Notes under the pieces: generated by a model
Told to the model about the DNA's origin: nothing
The model's database searches: none
The model's input: the letters and a program-made list of their open reading frames with translations, nothing else
NCBI GenBank assembly: GCA_964016885.1
Contig: OZ024740.1
Location: 224,874,001 to 224,938,000, forward strand
DNA length: 64,000 nt
Direction of reading: 5' to 3'
DNA from: Eledone cirrhosa
Taxonomy: Eukaryota
Translations under genes and position numbers: made by a program
Shown: positions 1-10,815 of the stretch, in pieces
How positions within the stretch are numbered: the first letter of the stretch is position 1
How the letters are laid out: the number at the start of each line of letters is the position of its first letter

Positions 1-787
1 CATTTTACATACATTTGCACTGTACCATTATCATGAATTGAGGTTTTGTAGGTCCAGTAGATAAGTTGCATACTGATGTTACATATTGTATTATTGAGGA
101 AAAGATTATACACAATTCCACCATTCATACACACATGACCACACACACAAATACAATACACACATACACTCACATACACAAAATATGAAAATATTTTTCA
201 GACAACAAACTTGTTAACAATTCCACCAGTGTAACCCTTCCACCAGCCCTACCTACTGTTCTTATTTCAATTCACTTTAGTTCCTCGTTAATGAATGGTG
301 GCTGTTAGTGACAAAAAAACTAGAGACAGTGACACCAGCTCTGGGTAAAAAGAAAAATGTTCACACACACACATACATACACAAATAAATAACATAAAAA
401 AACACCCACAAAAAAAAAACGCGAAAAACACATCAAAACCAATAAAAGATCAAGACACCTACACATGAATTTTGAGGTCAAACTACTGATTATTTTTATA
501 TTGACTTTCTGATTTTGTGAAATATAATTCCTTTGAAGGATAATTTAGTGAACTTCAAATATGAGGAATGAAATTTCAGCATTGCTTGCTTCAACAGTCA
601 ATGGCTGATCAACAATGTATTGTGAAAGAGTAATATGCAAGTGTTGCCAGTATGTTGCGGAAATATGCAAGAGCTTTCACTAAATAGTAGAATTAGCTAA
701 TGATATTCTTTGTGCAATGAACTGTCTAACTGTCTAACTGTTAAGCCTATTAACAGTGAAACTGCTTACTCTTACAAACAGTGCTGC

Positions 788-877
788 CAGCACCATCACC
801 ACCACCACAGCAAACACTCCCACTATCTCTCACCACCACAACCACTGTTGCTGCTGTTCTAGCCACCACCACCACCC
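788..877. repeat. (CAC/ACC)n-rich low-complexity tract
   Basis: Repeated caccac/accacc units; explains the Thr/Pro-rich ORF 781..1104. Confidence 0.7.
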
Positions 878-1219
878 CCTTTTCATCCTATTATAAATCA
901 ATTATATATAATTTTTTTAATATTTTCCTGTTACAAATAATATCTTGCAGCCATCATCAAAATGGTTACCTAGGCTGGCTTAGTTATGTAGTGTGCATGC
1001 TTTTAAACAGTTGCAGATTTGTGTTATGGAGTGAACGTATTCATTCACGCATATATTTATACATGTGCATACATAAACACACATACACACATACATTAGC
1101 ATAGACAAGCATATTCTTTCTGTATTTCTCTATCACTCTTTCTTTCTTTCTAATTTTCTGCTACTTTCATTGAATTTCTATAGCTCACTTATTTCTCTCT
1201 CATAAATTAAATTATACAT

Positions 1220-1227
<8 letters not shown>

Positions 1228-1268
<41 letters not shown>
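1228..1268. repeat. (TA)n microsatellite
   Basis: Direct reading of TA dinucleotide run. Confidence 0.95.
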
Positions 1269-1272
<4 letters not shown>

Positions 1273-1282
1273 ATATAAATGG

Positions 1283-1425
1283 AAGTGTAGGAGCAGACAT
1301 GGTAGTGAGGTGCTGATATGGCTATGTGGTTGAGGGTATCTCTTTACAACACTGGACAAGTGCTTCCTACTGTAATCTCAAGCCAACATTGAGAATGAAT
1401 TTGGTAGATGGAATCTGTGAGGATA
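1283..1425 (+). mobile_element. Degenerate tRNA-related SINE (octopus OK-like)
   Basis: 'ggacaagtgcttcctactgtaatctcaagccaac...gaatttggtagatggaatctg' ending in a TA tract; related pieces near 37150-37290 (+), 36230-36370 (-), 39060-39205 (-). Family name from recall, not a search. Confidence 0.5.
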
Positions 1426-1439
1426 TATATATATATATC

Positions 1440-1772
1440 AAAGGCGATGGCACAGGACCGAGACCTCTGGCGTTAAACAGTAATACAGAAGATCCAATTT
1501 CCCATGGGTGCAAGCCGAAGCTGAATCATATAGACAATATGCCTGCACCCCTCCCACTGCAAAGTGATCATGTAGGTGCCACGGTAAAAAAAAGCACCCA
1601 GTATTCACTCTAAATGAGGTTGGTGTTAGGAAGGGCATCCAGCTGTAGAAATCAAGCCAAAATCAGTTCCCATATGAGCAAGACAAAGTCACCCAACCTG
1701 GCATTGCCCACAACAGAACAACCCATCTAACCCATGCAAGCATGGAAGAATGGACATAAAACAATGATGATA
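1440..1772 (+). mobile_element. Non-autonomous retroposon with RTE-type 3' tail
   Basis: Contains 'gaggttggtgttaggaagggcatccagctgtagaaa' and ends 'aacccatgcaagcatggaagaatggacataaaacaatgatga', the same tail type as the LINE ending at 44150; flanked by TA tracts. Confidence 0.75.
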
Positions 1773-1799
1773 TATATATATATATCATTGGGAGCATAT

Positions 1800-2828
1800 A
1801 ATGGGTTCAAATTAGCACCATTTATCCGAACACAAATACTTGGTCATTCATATAGAGTCATCAGGGTAACAAGAAGCTGACCATTGATCCCATACTCCTG
1901 CAGAATCTTCTAGAGCAGGTCTCAAGGAATGCAGTGATATGCCTTTTTGAGGTCTACAAAACATGAATATACTTCTTGGAAATACTCCCATGGTTTCTCG
2001 AAGACCTGCTGCAGTGTGAATATTTGGTATGCTGTGCTGCATCCAGGGCAAAAACTGCACTGTTTATCAGTTATATTCGGCTCAATAATCGCCCTACTTC
2101 ACTTTGCCAGACACAGCATAGAATTTACAGGTGAGGCTTAACAAGGAGATCCCTCTGTAATAATCTCTCTTGTCTCCCTTTTCAAAAATTGGGATTATCA
2201 CTCCCAATTGCCATTGCTTATGTACCAGAGATCCAGGCCACCCAGCACACACGAGTCAACAAGAGAATACCTTCTCTATTTAAGGCTTTTAACATCTCAG
2301 ACCAGATTTCATCTTCCCAAGGGGCCTTGTTGCATTTGAGCTCTTTAACTGTTCTTGTGACTTTAGTCTCTGAGAGATTAGTCACTGCTCCCAGATGCTC
2401 TTCCTATACATCAGAATATGCTGTTGCGATCTCGTTTAGGAGATCAGAAAATTATTCTCTCCACCTCTGAAAGACGCATCTCTCTGGAGAGAGGAGAACC
2501 TCAAGGTATTCCTGATAGCATGTGTGGAAGAGGAATACTTATTACAAAGTCGGTAGATGGTCTGTCAGAACACTTTATTTGTTGATCTGAAGTCAGATTC
2601 CAGCTTAACCCCAAAATCTTCCTATGTCTTAACTTTGGATGCCTATACAATCTCTGCTGTGACTATTCAAGCCTGCCTGTACTGCCAATGCAAGAAGGAA
2701 ATCTTTCCAATACAAGATTTGTAGGCTTCCTTCTTGGCTTAGATGTCATCTTTGACCCCTCGATTGAAACAAGGAGTTCTGTTGCTATCTGGCACCACAC
2801 CAAGTCTCTTTCGCAAGCAACATTTAAA
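1800..2828 (-). mobile_element. RTE-clade LINE (family B), inverted 5' segment: linker and N-terminal RT region, frameshifted
   Basis: Minus-strand translation gives KAPWEDEIWSEMLKAL, YRGISLLSL, QIFTLQQVFEKPWEY, CFVDLKKAY, LQEYGINGQLL, RINGANLNP: RT domains 0-3 of non-LTR elements. Confidence 0.9.
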
Positions 2829-3654
2829 CATTCACTGTGGGAGTTGGACTCTGCCAAGGGTGCATAGTCTCACCTGCCCTGTTCATTATTTTCATGAACA
2901 GGATTGACATGCACACTCGGGTTGGGAGTGGTATCACAACTGGCAGGTGTAAAATCAGACAGCTGGAATTTGCAGATGACACTGTGTTAGTTAACTCATC
3001 AGAAGGTGATCTCCGATTTGCACTTGATAGGTTTGATGCTGAACACAACATGGCTGGAATGAAAATCAGTGCTGCAAAAACTGAGACACTCACCCTCTCA
3101 AGAAAGCCTGCAAAGTGCACTCTATAGGTGAATGGAGTTCCACTGAAGCAGATGGAGAAGCTCAAGTATTTAGGGGCTATGTTCACAAGTGATGGAAGGC
3201 AGGAGCCTGAATTAAGTGCAAAAATTGCAGAAGCTGTTGCGATAATGGTCATAAATCTTAGGTAATGAGTGAAAGAATACGATTGCAAATACAAGTAGCT
3301 GAAATGGGATTCCTCTGAAAAGAATATTGCATAATGTTAGTGATAGAGTGCCTAGCTCGGAGATCAGAGACTCATTCCAGATAGAGCCACTACTTCTCTG
3401 AATTGAGAAATCACAGTTCTGATACTATGAGTATGTGTTTAGAAAGCCTCGAAAAAGAATAGCTGAACTGATTTTCCTGGAAAAACAAACTGACAGGAGA
3501 CCCAGGGGTTGACCACGTGTAAGATGGTTTGATAACATACATGAGTTTAGCTGGTCTTGCTTGGAGATTATTGCTTCTGACAGGACCCACTGGAAAGAGC
3601 ATTTGGGGCCTCTGCCTCAATAACCCACTCAGGAATAAGTGGGCAAAGAAGAAG
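2829..3654 (+). mobile_element. RTE-clade LINE (family B), 3' segment: C-terminal RT and 3' end
   Basis: ORF 2837..3127 has GLCQGCIVSPALF, LEFADD, GMKISAAKT; then KLKYLG and a 3' end 'caggaataagtgggcaaagaagaag' shared with copies ending near 30706 and 50607. Confidence 0.92.
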
Positions 3655-4759
3655 TATAATTTTCTGTTTGTAATCTAAACTGGCATGGGTTGGACTCAGG
3701 TTGCATCTTAAAATGCATAATATACTCTATAAATTTATGTGTGTTAGGAAGCCCATCCAGTCATAGAAATCATGACAAAATTTAACATATGAGTTTGATG
3801 TGTTGCTTAGACCCATCTAAGAACAGAATAACTGTAAAGAAGGTCTACTGTAGACTAGGACGACTCATCCGTCTTGTGTGAGGAACAAAAGTGCGAGTAA
3901 AATGAAGATAAAGATAATGAAGGTGATGATGATATTTATGATAATAATGAGTGTATCTTTACTTAAGATGGTGGAGTGTAATTTGAAGAATATTTGGCAA
4001 TTACTTTTAGCCTTTGGATGTCTATATAGACATGTAAAGGCTTCCTTTTTTGTCTCAGCTCCAACATATTTTATTTTGTTGATAATGTTCTGAGTCTGAT
4101 ACTGTTGAAAATCAGATCCTTGACATTTATCATAATCACTGTTTATTAGAAGGACATGTGTAAAATCCCATTGTATAAATGTTCTTATTTCTATTTTGAT
4201 GTGTTTCATTACATTAAAGATTTTAAATATGTCTTGGATTATCTTCCATAGTTTAGTTTATTGAAAGCTTAACACACATGCTCCTCATTTAAGTCTGTTA
4301 AAACATAGCACTCAAACATAACCTTGTGATAAACAGACTAATAATTTAGATGTGCATGAATAGTAAATTAGAAAAGTCAGTAAAACATTGGCCTTTCATT
4401 ATTCTGTAATATCTCTTTATAATCTGAGTTGAAATCCTATTGAGATCAACTTTAGCTTTCATCCATTGAGGTTTGATAAAATAAAGAATTAATCAACTAT
4501 TGAGGTTGATTTGATAGACTATCCTTATCAACTCAAATTGATAGTCATGTGTCTATGCACACTAAGACTATCTAATAACATTTTGAATAGATTTTCCATG
4601 CTGTTTTTCTTAACCTTCAAAATCTGGGTAGTTTTCTTTGGCTCCATTCTGTATAAATAATATGAAATGTTGTCATTATCCCCATCATCTTTATCTTAAT
4701 CATTATCCTTGTTATGTACTGCAAACCATTCTTCCACACTCCACTATTATTATTATTAT

Positions 4760-4968
4760 TGGCAGTATCGGTATATCATTGGATACAATGTTTTGGGGCA
4801 TAGAGTTACAGCCCTTTATGTTCTGAGTTCAAATCTTGCCGAGGTCAGCTTTGCCTTCCACCCTTATGGGGTCGATAAAATAAAGTACCAGTAACATACT
4901 AGGTCAATGTAATCGATTTTCCCATCCCCTAAAAATCGTTGGCCTTGTGCCTAAATCAGAAAACATTA
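4760..4968 (+). mobile_element. SINE with Nin/Deu-like core (octopus OR-like), full copy
   Basis: 'ggcagtatcggta...gagttcaaatcttgccgaggtcagctttgccttccacccttatggggtcgataaaataaagtaccag...ggccttgtgcctaaatcagaaa'; B-box-like GAGTTCAAATC; many related copies in window. Confidence 0.85.
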
Positions 4969-5146
4969 ATTGGCAGTATCGGTAGAGGGTCAGACGCCAT
5001 GCTTTCTAGCATAGTTACGTCCCTTTACAGTCTGAGTTCAAACCCCGCCGAGGTTAACTTTGCCTTTCATCCTTACGGGGTCGACAAAATAAAGTACCAG
5101 TAATGTACTGGGTAATTGCTGGCCTTGTGCCTAAAGTAGAAACAAT
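4969..5146 (+). mobile_element. Second tandem SINE of the same family (short variant)
   Basis: Same head and core as 4760-4968 but with a shorter segment between 'gtactggg' and 'taattgctggccttgtgcc'. Confidence 0.85.
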
Positions 5147-5850
5147 TATTATTATTGTTGTTGTTGTTATTTGATTCTGACCTCTTCAGATGTGCCTAAA
5201 CTTACACCAAGAAGGAAATAATGTTCATACCAGATGTTAGTTTACACACAGTTTTCTTTGACATGATATCCAGCAGTAACCAAGCGATTGTCAGTGCTGT
5301 ATGCACAATTAGTTCTGTTCATTGTATTTGTGACTATCATGATTTTGGCATAGATTTAATCGATAGATGCTCTTCCTATCACCAAACACTTTACACAATT
5401 GACTGGATGTATTTCATATGCTATCAACAGTAGCATAGTTGTCTATTAGGGCAAAATGATCCCTCAACAGTGTTGTCAGTTTTTAATCAGAGTTACTGTT
5501 CTCCAAGACAAGTTGCCTTCACAGCACTGTGTAGAGTCTATACCTTCTCTGTGCAGAATTGCATTCAGGACAACTGTTCTTCCTGTTGGATCATCTTCAA
5601 TATGACTGAAGTGCCATGCCTCAAAGCACTCTAGTTAGGAACACATAAGTAATCATGTAGAAGTTTCCTTGCTCTTATGCATTTTCAGGATAATTGGAGT
5701 AATTGGAGAACTGGTGACTAATCATACTTGGCAAGATAATTTGAGTAACTAGTGTAATGGCAGCTGGTCATACATTTCAAGGAAGATGGGGTAGAGTGGG
5801 AGCCATCACTAAGCAGCTGAGCAGATGTGTTTGTTAGTTGGAGTAGCGTG

Positions 5851-6228
5851 TCTAATTTAAACAGATAAATAAATCATTATTGCCTTAATTTAATTTCGTG
5901 TCCCTGTGATGCTATCCATATATTTATGTGGTATCAAAATGAAGATTGTATATACAAACACATTTTAACTGACCTAGCAACCATATTGGCCAAATATGTA
6001 TTTCATATCTCAGGGGATTTTGTGAAGCATATAGAAGAGAAAAATCTAGAGGAGGAATAGAAATAGCTAAAAAGCTAAGAGATAAGAAAGTGGCTATGAA
6101 AGAAAGAGTAAGTTAGTTAAATAGTTAAAGAGATAACAAAGTCTAGTTTAAATAGATAAATGCATAAATAATTACTGTCCTTAACTTAATTTAATTTCAT
6201 ATCTCAGTGATCCTATCTGTAAATAATT
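5851..6228 (+). repeat. Diverged ~80-bp direct repeat pair (about 5851-5925 and 6142-6228)
   Basis: 'tctaatttaaacagataaat...cttaatttaatttcgtgtccctgtgatgctatc' vs 'tctagtttaaatagataaat...cttaatttaatttcatatctcagtgatcctatc'. Confidence 0.65.
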
Positions 6229-9200
6229 ATGATGTCATCAATTATCACAGTGAACATTGTAGATACATTATATGATAATTATACATTACAATTTTAGAAG
6301 ACAATGATCAGGAGTTACATATGGTTCCACATTCTACCGAGTAGATTGTATCATGACACCAGCACTAGATAGGTTGTCATAACTTTGAAATAATTAAAGG
6401 GTACTCTCAGCCCTTTTCTGGCAAGATTTCTATGGCTAGATGAATTTCATATCACCAATCACATGTACTGGATGTGTTTATTGTGTGGATCCAAACCTAG
6501 AGAGGTTCTTATGTTGTTATGTTCTTGACACATTTACTATGTGATAATTGTATGCTACTGTTTGAAAAGGGAATTTTGTGTTTATTCAATCACAGGGGAT
6601 AATTTGAACCTTAATATTCATGTATCACTGACTTTCATGGATTACATTTACTTTCCTTCTTTTCACATTATATTTTTTATCAGAATATTTCCAGAATATT
6701 TTCTCATATATACTTCAATGTTTTTCTGCTATTACTATTTCTGCTCTTGTTGTTTGGCCCCAAGTCAACTCAAACTGAGTTAACTAATGCTAAAAGGCAT
6801 TTAAGACATTACGATGCAATCTTCAGTTTTTAGTAATTATGTACTACAGACGACTTTATCCAATTTTTCCTTTCTTGTGGCAGTAATAATATTTCTAGGA
6901 GGTTGAACATTCCTGTAGAAAATGTTTCAGCAAATTTTCTTACTTTCATACTTATTGCTTTAAATTCCAGCTTAACATGTTTTATCTATTCTTCATTGTT
7001 TTTATAATGAGACTAGCGCCACCTTTGACCGGGGAACAAAACTAATTGAAGTTACTTCTGCATGGCCCGAATATAAGGAAGCATTCTGGCGCCTTTCTCT
7101 CTCTTGCAGCTTGACCATGCTAAAGTAAACACCACTTCTTCTTTTGCTCCACAAGCACAAACAATATGTAACAACAAAACATTAGTACGGGCCTGGCAGG
7201 CCTGGCCAACGCCTCAGCCAGTCGACCGTACCTTCTCTTGCAATCTTAATTGGTTTATTTAATTTATTTGGCATGCCAGCTTAATCCACCTCAAAACCTT
7301 TGTTAATAAATAATATAAAAACATGCTAAAGTCTTGGTGATATATCTATTATATCTTATTGCTAAAATGGTGACTATACATTATTGCTAAAGTAGTATTG
7401 GATGATATAGTAGTGCTGCATTTTATTCTACTAAATTCATAGAATGTTTTGTATTCAGCAGTGCAAACTAAGAAAAGAAATACACTATTTTATCATATGC
7501 TACTCTGATATATAATGGCAGGTGTCTGTATCAATCCATCATACATATTTAAAGTTAGGTGGACCAAACTATGAAGAGTTATATATCTAAGCCATAAACA
7601 TGCTGCAACATCACTAACACTGCAGTCCAATCAACACCATATTGATTGTAGCACATGCAATTTGTGTGACTTGTATTAATGATCACAAAAGTTTTGAGGC
7701 AACAGTGTCAATCGGTCAGATCAATAAAGTAGGATATAAATTTTTTTCCTGAGATGTAATGAGCGCAGTTTAAATATGAAGGTAGTTCTTGAAATATTTA
7801 TATATTATAATGAATATGCATTTGCAAATAGGTTTTGTAACATTTTCTCTGGTGCCAAACTTATCACTTCAGCTTATTACACAGTGTGGCCACCCTCAAT
7901 ACAAAGGAGGAATACAAATGATCAAATATCAAGCAGATTCCTTTTTGCACTAGTTGTTAAAACATCCAGGGTTACTGGTCTCTGGACAGCTGTTTTCCTC
8001 AGTCAAATCAGGATGGAAGCATTGCACCTGAGGAGGTGGAATGGCTAATGAAGAACATATAAATTTACTTGTCTGTTGGGTGTTGAGTACCCAACACTGT
8101 TTCATAATCTATATTTTTTAAATATTACTTTTGTGTTTTATGAATTCTAAATAGAGATTTTTTCATGCTTTTTAAAGTGACTTGTTGTTTGCACACAGTC
8201 AAATTATTGATATGCATTATATGGATTTGGTTGTATTTTGTAATAATGTTGTTGTCAATCGCAGTGGCCGTTTTAGATATCCTGCTGATTTCAAGTGTAT
8301 TTTGAAACAATAACTTCCTTGTTAATTATGCAGTTTAGATTACTGTTTAAAGCTGGCCTTTTTTTTAGCTTTCATGAAGTATAATATCTATATTAGAGAG
8401 GTTTGTTTGTAAATTCAGATAACTTAGAAAGATACCTCTCAATATTTCAAAACATTTTTATTACCATATGTCTAATGAAGACACTGCCTATGGTTTATAA
8501 ATCATTTTAAAGATAATCAAGAATTTGGTGGGACTTGGTAATATTACTAAGTTGCCCATTATGAAGCTGATTTTGAGAACATCTGAAAGGTTTTTGCATA
8601 GAATTATGATAGAAAGTTTCTAGATAGATATAAACATTTTAAAATTAATTGTTTTCTTCGATAAAACAAAGGGCAGTTTCAAACAGTTTGGTATTAAAAG
8701 TGTTAAGATGTTCTAAGATTTTTTTTAGGCATCATGAAATTTAATGGCTATTGGAGTATTTTATTTATAAAGTCAGATAACTGAGAATGAAACCTTTCAA
8801 TATTTTAAGCCATTTTATAGATTTATTCTATAGATTTTCATAGATTTTGTGATAGAATTTAAATATGTCGCAATTAAATCGCTATACCAACAGAAGTGTT
8901 GGCAGTACTCACTTTATCTCTATTAGCTAAATTTTGTTTTGTTATTGTTGTGTTGGTGTACTTGTCAACCATAGCAGTTATAGTTCTAACAAAATTCCAC
9001 TTGGCTAACAGAATTGTAATTTATTTTCTTTCGATATTCCCAGGTTGTGTGAAAGGCTTTTTGCATTTATCAATAAAACTAGTCAGCTACTGTAGAGGAA
9101 TGACAAGGTAATTGGGGCAAGGCAATTATAGGGGGAAATATTGATTAAGTTTTGATGAATAATCTCTCCTAGGCTTGTGCATGTGCTGTTAATAGTGTCA

Positions 9201-9387
9201 TGATTTTATAAGCACATACATTTGTATGTCTAGATTCTAGTGCATCCACATATACCGTTGTTAGATTATATCAAAATGGAGTTTCAGTTTATTCAAATAT
9301 CTATGTATGGACAGTTTATTAATGATACTGCCTATTGTATATTTTACTCCATCTGTTTTCTAGTTTATTTGTTTCATACTTTTTACT

Positions 9388-9600
9388 GTTTAGTCAAGGA
9401 GGGGTGGGCAGTTTCCATGACCCTTTGGAGCGGGGCTCTGAACCTGGTGAGAAAGGGAAATGTATCCTCAAACAGTAGATATGACTATAATGAGGAAAGG
9501 AAGAAACTATTCTCAGATTAGAAACCTTGTCTGAAAGCTTACAACAGAGTAGACTCTGCTTCATGTACCCAAAGTGAAATGGTGGTAGCAAAACTGGATA
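9388..9600 (+). mobile_element. Unclassified interspersed repeat
   Basis: 'tttagtcaaggagg...gcagt...gcttacaacagagtagactc...ggtggtag' matches the reverse complement of 48190-48350; weaker relatives at 13100-13272, 25490-25580, 28305-28420, 53260-53430. Confidence 0.55.
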
Positions 9601-10601
9601 AGGAATTAAATTTCCCATCTAAGTGGATGGTGAACTTTAAAATTAGATTACAAAGAGCCAGAACGTATACTGTAAAGCATTTTGTCTGATATTCCATTAA
9701 ATCCTCCAGTTCATATAAAACTTTTAATGACTGAGTAACTACTGTATTGGACTACCTCCTCCTAGGGCAGGGATCCAAACCCACTGATGGTGTTTTTATG
9801 ATATTACTGTGGGTGTAATTTATTTTAGATTTCCTCAATTCAGTGTTACTGATAAGGAAAGGGGCTGTGTTGATTGATAAGGAGCTGAACAAATTACTAT
9901 GTTTCCTAAAATTCATGAATGCTATTTTAATATTCTTATTTTATATAACTCAATTTTGTCATTTCACTAATAAAGAGGGGATGGATTAAATATCACAAAT
10001 ATTTGGTATTTGCTAGTCTATGAATACCTGCCACAGTTGATCTAGCAGCTGAATATTTAGAATTGTTCAGCCTCAAGCTAGAGTTAATTAACTGTCCTGG
10101 TTTGCTTTACTTTCCATTAGATTTAGATAGTTCTAGTTAAGAGCTATGTGTGATAGCTGATGTGAAACAGAATAGTTCATGTTAAACACATCCTACATAG
10201 GGCATCCCCCACCTTGTGGATATTTTACATGGCCATATAATAATGATATACCTCATTATTATTCATGATTACCATCATCTATAGTATTAATGTCTAACAT
10301 TAGTGCAATGTTACACATTTTTAGGGAGATCATATTCAGTGTAGATGGCCTAATGAGTAAGCAGACAATTGTAACTTCATTTCCCAGACTGAGTAGCGTT
10401 TTGTGTCCCTCAAACCATTTAAATGAAAATGTGTACCATGAGTAATTGAAGGTTGACCTTGCAACAAACTGGTGTTCCACTCAAAGAAGAATAGAATTAT
10501 GAAAGATTTAACATCACATGAACTGAAATAGGTCCCAGTCTAATGAGCTTCTAGCCTAAAAAATACTTTAGCATTAGTCTTTTAATATATTTTGTACCAT
10601 T

Positions 10602-10815
10602 AGTTTACTCAGCTGTAGAAATGAGTTGCAATGTCACTGACGCCAAGTTGTATCAACCATTGCCTTTCCCTTGGATAACACTGGTGGTGGAGAGAGTGGA
10701 GGCTGGTATGCATGGGTGACTACTGCTTTTCCACAAATAACCTTGTATTGGAGGGGAAATTTCTAGGTGCATATCTCATGGTGCAAATCCTATGACCGAA
10801 GGTGGTCTTTACCCA
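10602..10815 (+). mobile_element. 5'-truncated tRNA-derived SINE body
   Basis: 'gtttactcagctgtagaaatgag...gcctttcccttggataaca...ggtatgcatgg...ttctaggtgc...gaccgaagg' matches the body of the minus-strand copy at 14285-14626. Confidence 0.75.

Noticed and set aside
781-1104. Pro/Thr-rich 107-aa ORF
   Set aside because: GTG start, trinucleotide low complexity, no domain or splice support.
2824-3294. Antisense ORFs over LINEs (also 21117, 21917, 22298, 41361, 42027, 42760, 43198, 58126)
   Set aside because: Shadow frames opposite RT/EN coding sequence.
7960-8062. Possible exon (QGYWSLDSCFPQSNQDGSIAPEEVEWLMKNI)
   Set aside because: Weak acceptor, no recognisable homology, no partner exons.
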